DNA from: Amoebophrya sp. A120
Lineage: Eukaryota; Protista; Dinoflagellata
DNA length: 64,000 nt
Assembly: GCA_905178155.1 (NCBI GenBank)
Contig: CAJINV010000005.1
Location: forward strand, 4,319,556-4,383,555
Direction: 5' to 3'
Part shown: positions 62,506 to 64,000 of the stretch, one piece after another
Layout of the letters: every line of letters begins with the position of its first letter
How positions within the stretch are numbered: position 1 is the first letter of the stretch
The notes under the pieces: model-generated
What the model saw: the letters and a program-made list of their open reading frames with translations, nothing else
Database searches by the model: none
What the model was told of the DNA's origin: nothing
Position numbers and translations under genes: made by a program

Positions 62506-63914
62506 ATGATTTGGATGAAACTTTTGCACCAACATGATACGAAAAACTGGCAGCAGCCACGCGAACCCTGTGCGCAAATTTTACGGGAATGGGGCCAGTT
62601 TGACGTCCCAACCATTCCTAAAAAAGAAATCTGCGGCCCTGCCGCTTCATCTTTCGCGGGCTTTGGTTTGTTCCGAGAGGAAAATGAAAATAACATCAAC
62701 CAAAATATCAACATACTCCCTAATTTTCACTGGTACCGACCCACCGTGACCGTCGTCATCACTAGATATTTTCGTTTCTGCAAAGAAGTAGAACCGCCGT
62801 ACTTCACGCACTTCAATATGTGGATGAACACGGAGCCTTTGTGGGTGGAGTTGAACGAATTGGGCGCCGAGACCGGGGCGGCCGATCCGAATTCGTACCG
62901 CCGGCGGCAGCTGCTAACCTGGCGGTTGTCCAAGTCCTACGTGCTCTACTGCCTGCTCCTGCTCGTCGCCTCCACCTTTTTGCTCTTCTACAACCTGAAG
63001 CGGTGGGTGCAGTACGGCCACCTGCCCGAGTGGGACCGGCACGTCTGGGAGGAGTGGCTCGAGATTGGGATCACCGTGTGCCTCACCGCCGAAACCGCCA
63101 CGACGCTGTACCTGCTTGGCTTCCGGAAATTCATGCGGTCCTACTGGCTTCGGTTCGATCTAGCCGTTGTCGTCGTTCTCTGGGTGTGCGTCTTTCTCGT
63201 CGCGTATCCGCTGTGACAACCGTTGCGGCCTGATGTCGCATCATCAAGGTTTATCCCCATAGTGGTGTTCAGCTGTCTTGTACTCGAGAAAATAAAGACC
63301 TTTGTTGTGCAGTAGCGCACATCTTGTCAGTACTGTGATTGACCTAGATTTGCATTTTTGTTTCTATACTCTCTTGTTCCGTTGCTGCCGTTTCTTTAGG
63401 GGGGAGAAAATAAAGTTGTCACAAGTGATACCTCCGCGTCCAAGCTCGGGTGGGTATGGATTGCAAAAATGTCTGGGTCTGGAAACTTGTGATGCTAAAA
63501 TGTGGATGATGAAAACCGTTCCGAATGCAACACAGCATGACAACTTTCCAGAGCGCTCTCTCATAGGGAATCCGCATGAGAAACTGCGTTATTTCCGCGT
63601 GTACAAAAGATGCTGTGACTTTTGTTGGCTATGCCATACAGATTTCCTAGGTATGGAGAGCTAGCATTGTTACAAGTTGCAACCTTCCAGACCCAGACGT
63701 TTTTGCGTTTGATAGTGGGTGATGACCGACAAAAACGCCGAGACGAAGAAGCAAGAGGACAGCATGTTCGAGAATCTGGAGCTTCCATTTTTGATTCTCC
63801 GCTTCACGGTGCAACCCCTTCGTGTCGTGTCGCAGATCACGCAGCTGGTGCACCGCACGAGCACGAGTGCCGACGTGCCTACGACAATGCACAACTCCCC
63901 CTCCCCATCATTTG
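62506..63914 (+). CDS. Voltage-sensor-like (Ion_trans S1-S4-type) membrane protein, partial and running off the window
   Basis: WEEWLEIGITVCLTAE, FMRSYWLRFDLAVVV, and a later exon LGW|VMTDK..LPFLILRFTVQPLRVV. Start uncertain. Confidence 0.6.
63455..63714. mobile_element. Introner-like TIR element, family A (260 bp)
   Basis: TIRs present, TSD GTGGG. Interior close to 15438. Confidence 0.92.
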
Positions 63915-64000
63915 TATCATGGCATGAACAGCAATACGAGCGTCAACAAGAATGCATGTGTTGCATGACAAACTTGCACAGGAGTGTAGTGCTACTTGGA
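63915..64000. mobile_element. Probable left part of another introner-like element (truncated by the window edge)
   Basis: Starts with TAT. Contains GCATGACAAA..AGTGTAGTGCT similar to family E interiors. Predicted TSD ATTTG. Confidence 0.5.

Noticed and set aside
15285-63894. Recurrent ORF peptides [25 protein letters not shown] and KMSGSG as a repeated protein domain
   Set aside because: They are the different-frame translations of the family A TIR, not protein.
1-64000. Autonomous transposase or reverse transcriptase gene
   Set aside because: No DDE, hAT, Rep/helicase or RT motifs were recognised in any ORF.
1-64000. Genome-wide stop-codon reassignment
   Set aside because: Conserved genes (EFL, MetAP2, NudC, rib, ZIP) have no internal stops once spliced and end at standard stops. 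Only one unexplained TAG was found.
1-64000. tRNA, rRNA or dinoflagellate spliced-leader sequence
   Set aside because: None recognised by eye. tRNAscan-SE or Rfam would be needed to exclude them formally.

Overview
Eukaryotic, gene-dense, intron-rich DNA with about 20 protein-coding genes and one 100-N gap (47271-47370). No rRNA, tRNA or CRISPR was seen. An EFL gene plus many non-canonical inverted-repeat introns suggests a dinoflagellate-lineage parasite such as Amoebophrya (inference). The dominant feature is 24 complete (plus 1 partial) non-autonomous introner-like elements of 146-353 bp (one 883 bp with a nested insertion) in about 8 TIR families. They have TAT...ATA ends (one CAT variant) and 5-bp target-site duplications, and most carry a repeated internal GCAT(G/C/T)ACA motif. 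In all 23 with an identifiable host gene, removing the element plus one TSD copy restores an open frame, often across conserved enzyme motifs, yet only one can be read as GT-AG. They work in either orientation and often bound exons of about 62-76 nt. Reconstructing the genes reveals a RibB-RibA-RibH triple fusion carrying 7 introners, a VIT1-ZIP transporter fusion, a protein with six copies of an unnamed 'WExxF...SEKQ' domain, and tandem ankyrin paralogues with different introner sites. EFL, DENR, NudC, MetAP2, an FkbM methyltransferase and a HIT-like gene are also present, along with a non-coding block holding a perfect hairpin and phased 31/32-bp arrays. All coordinates and splice joins were derived by hand and are unverified by transcript data.
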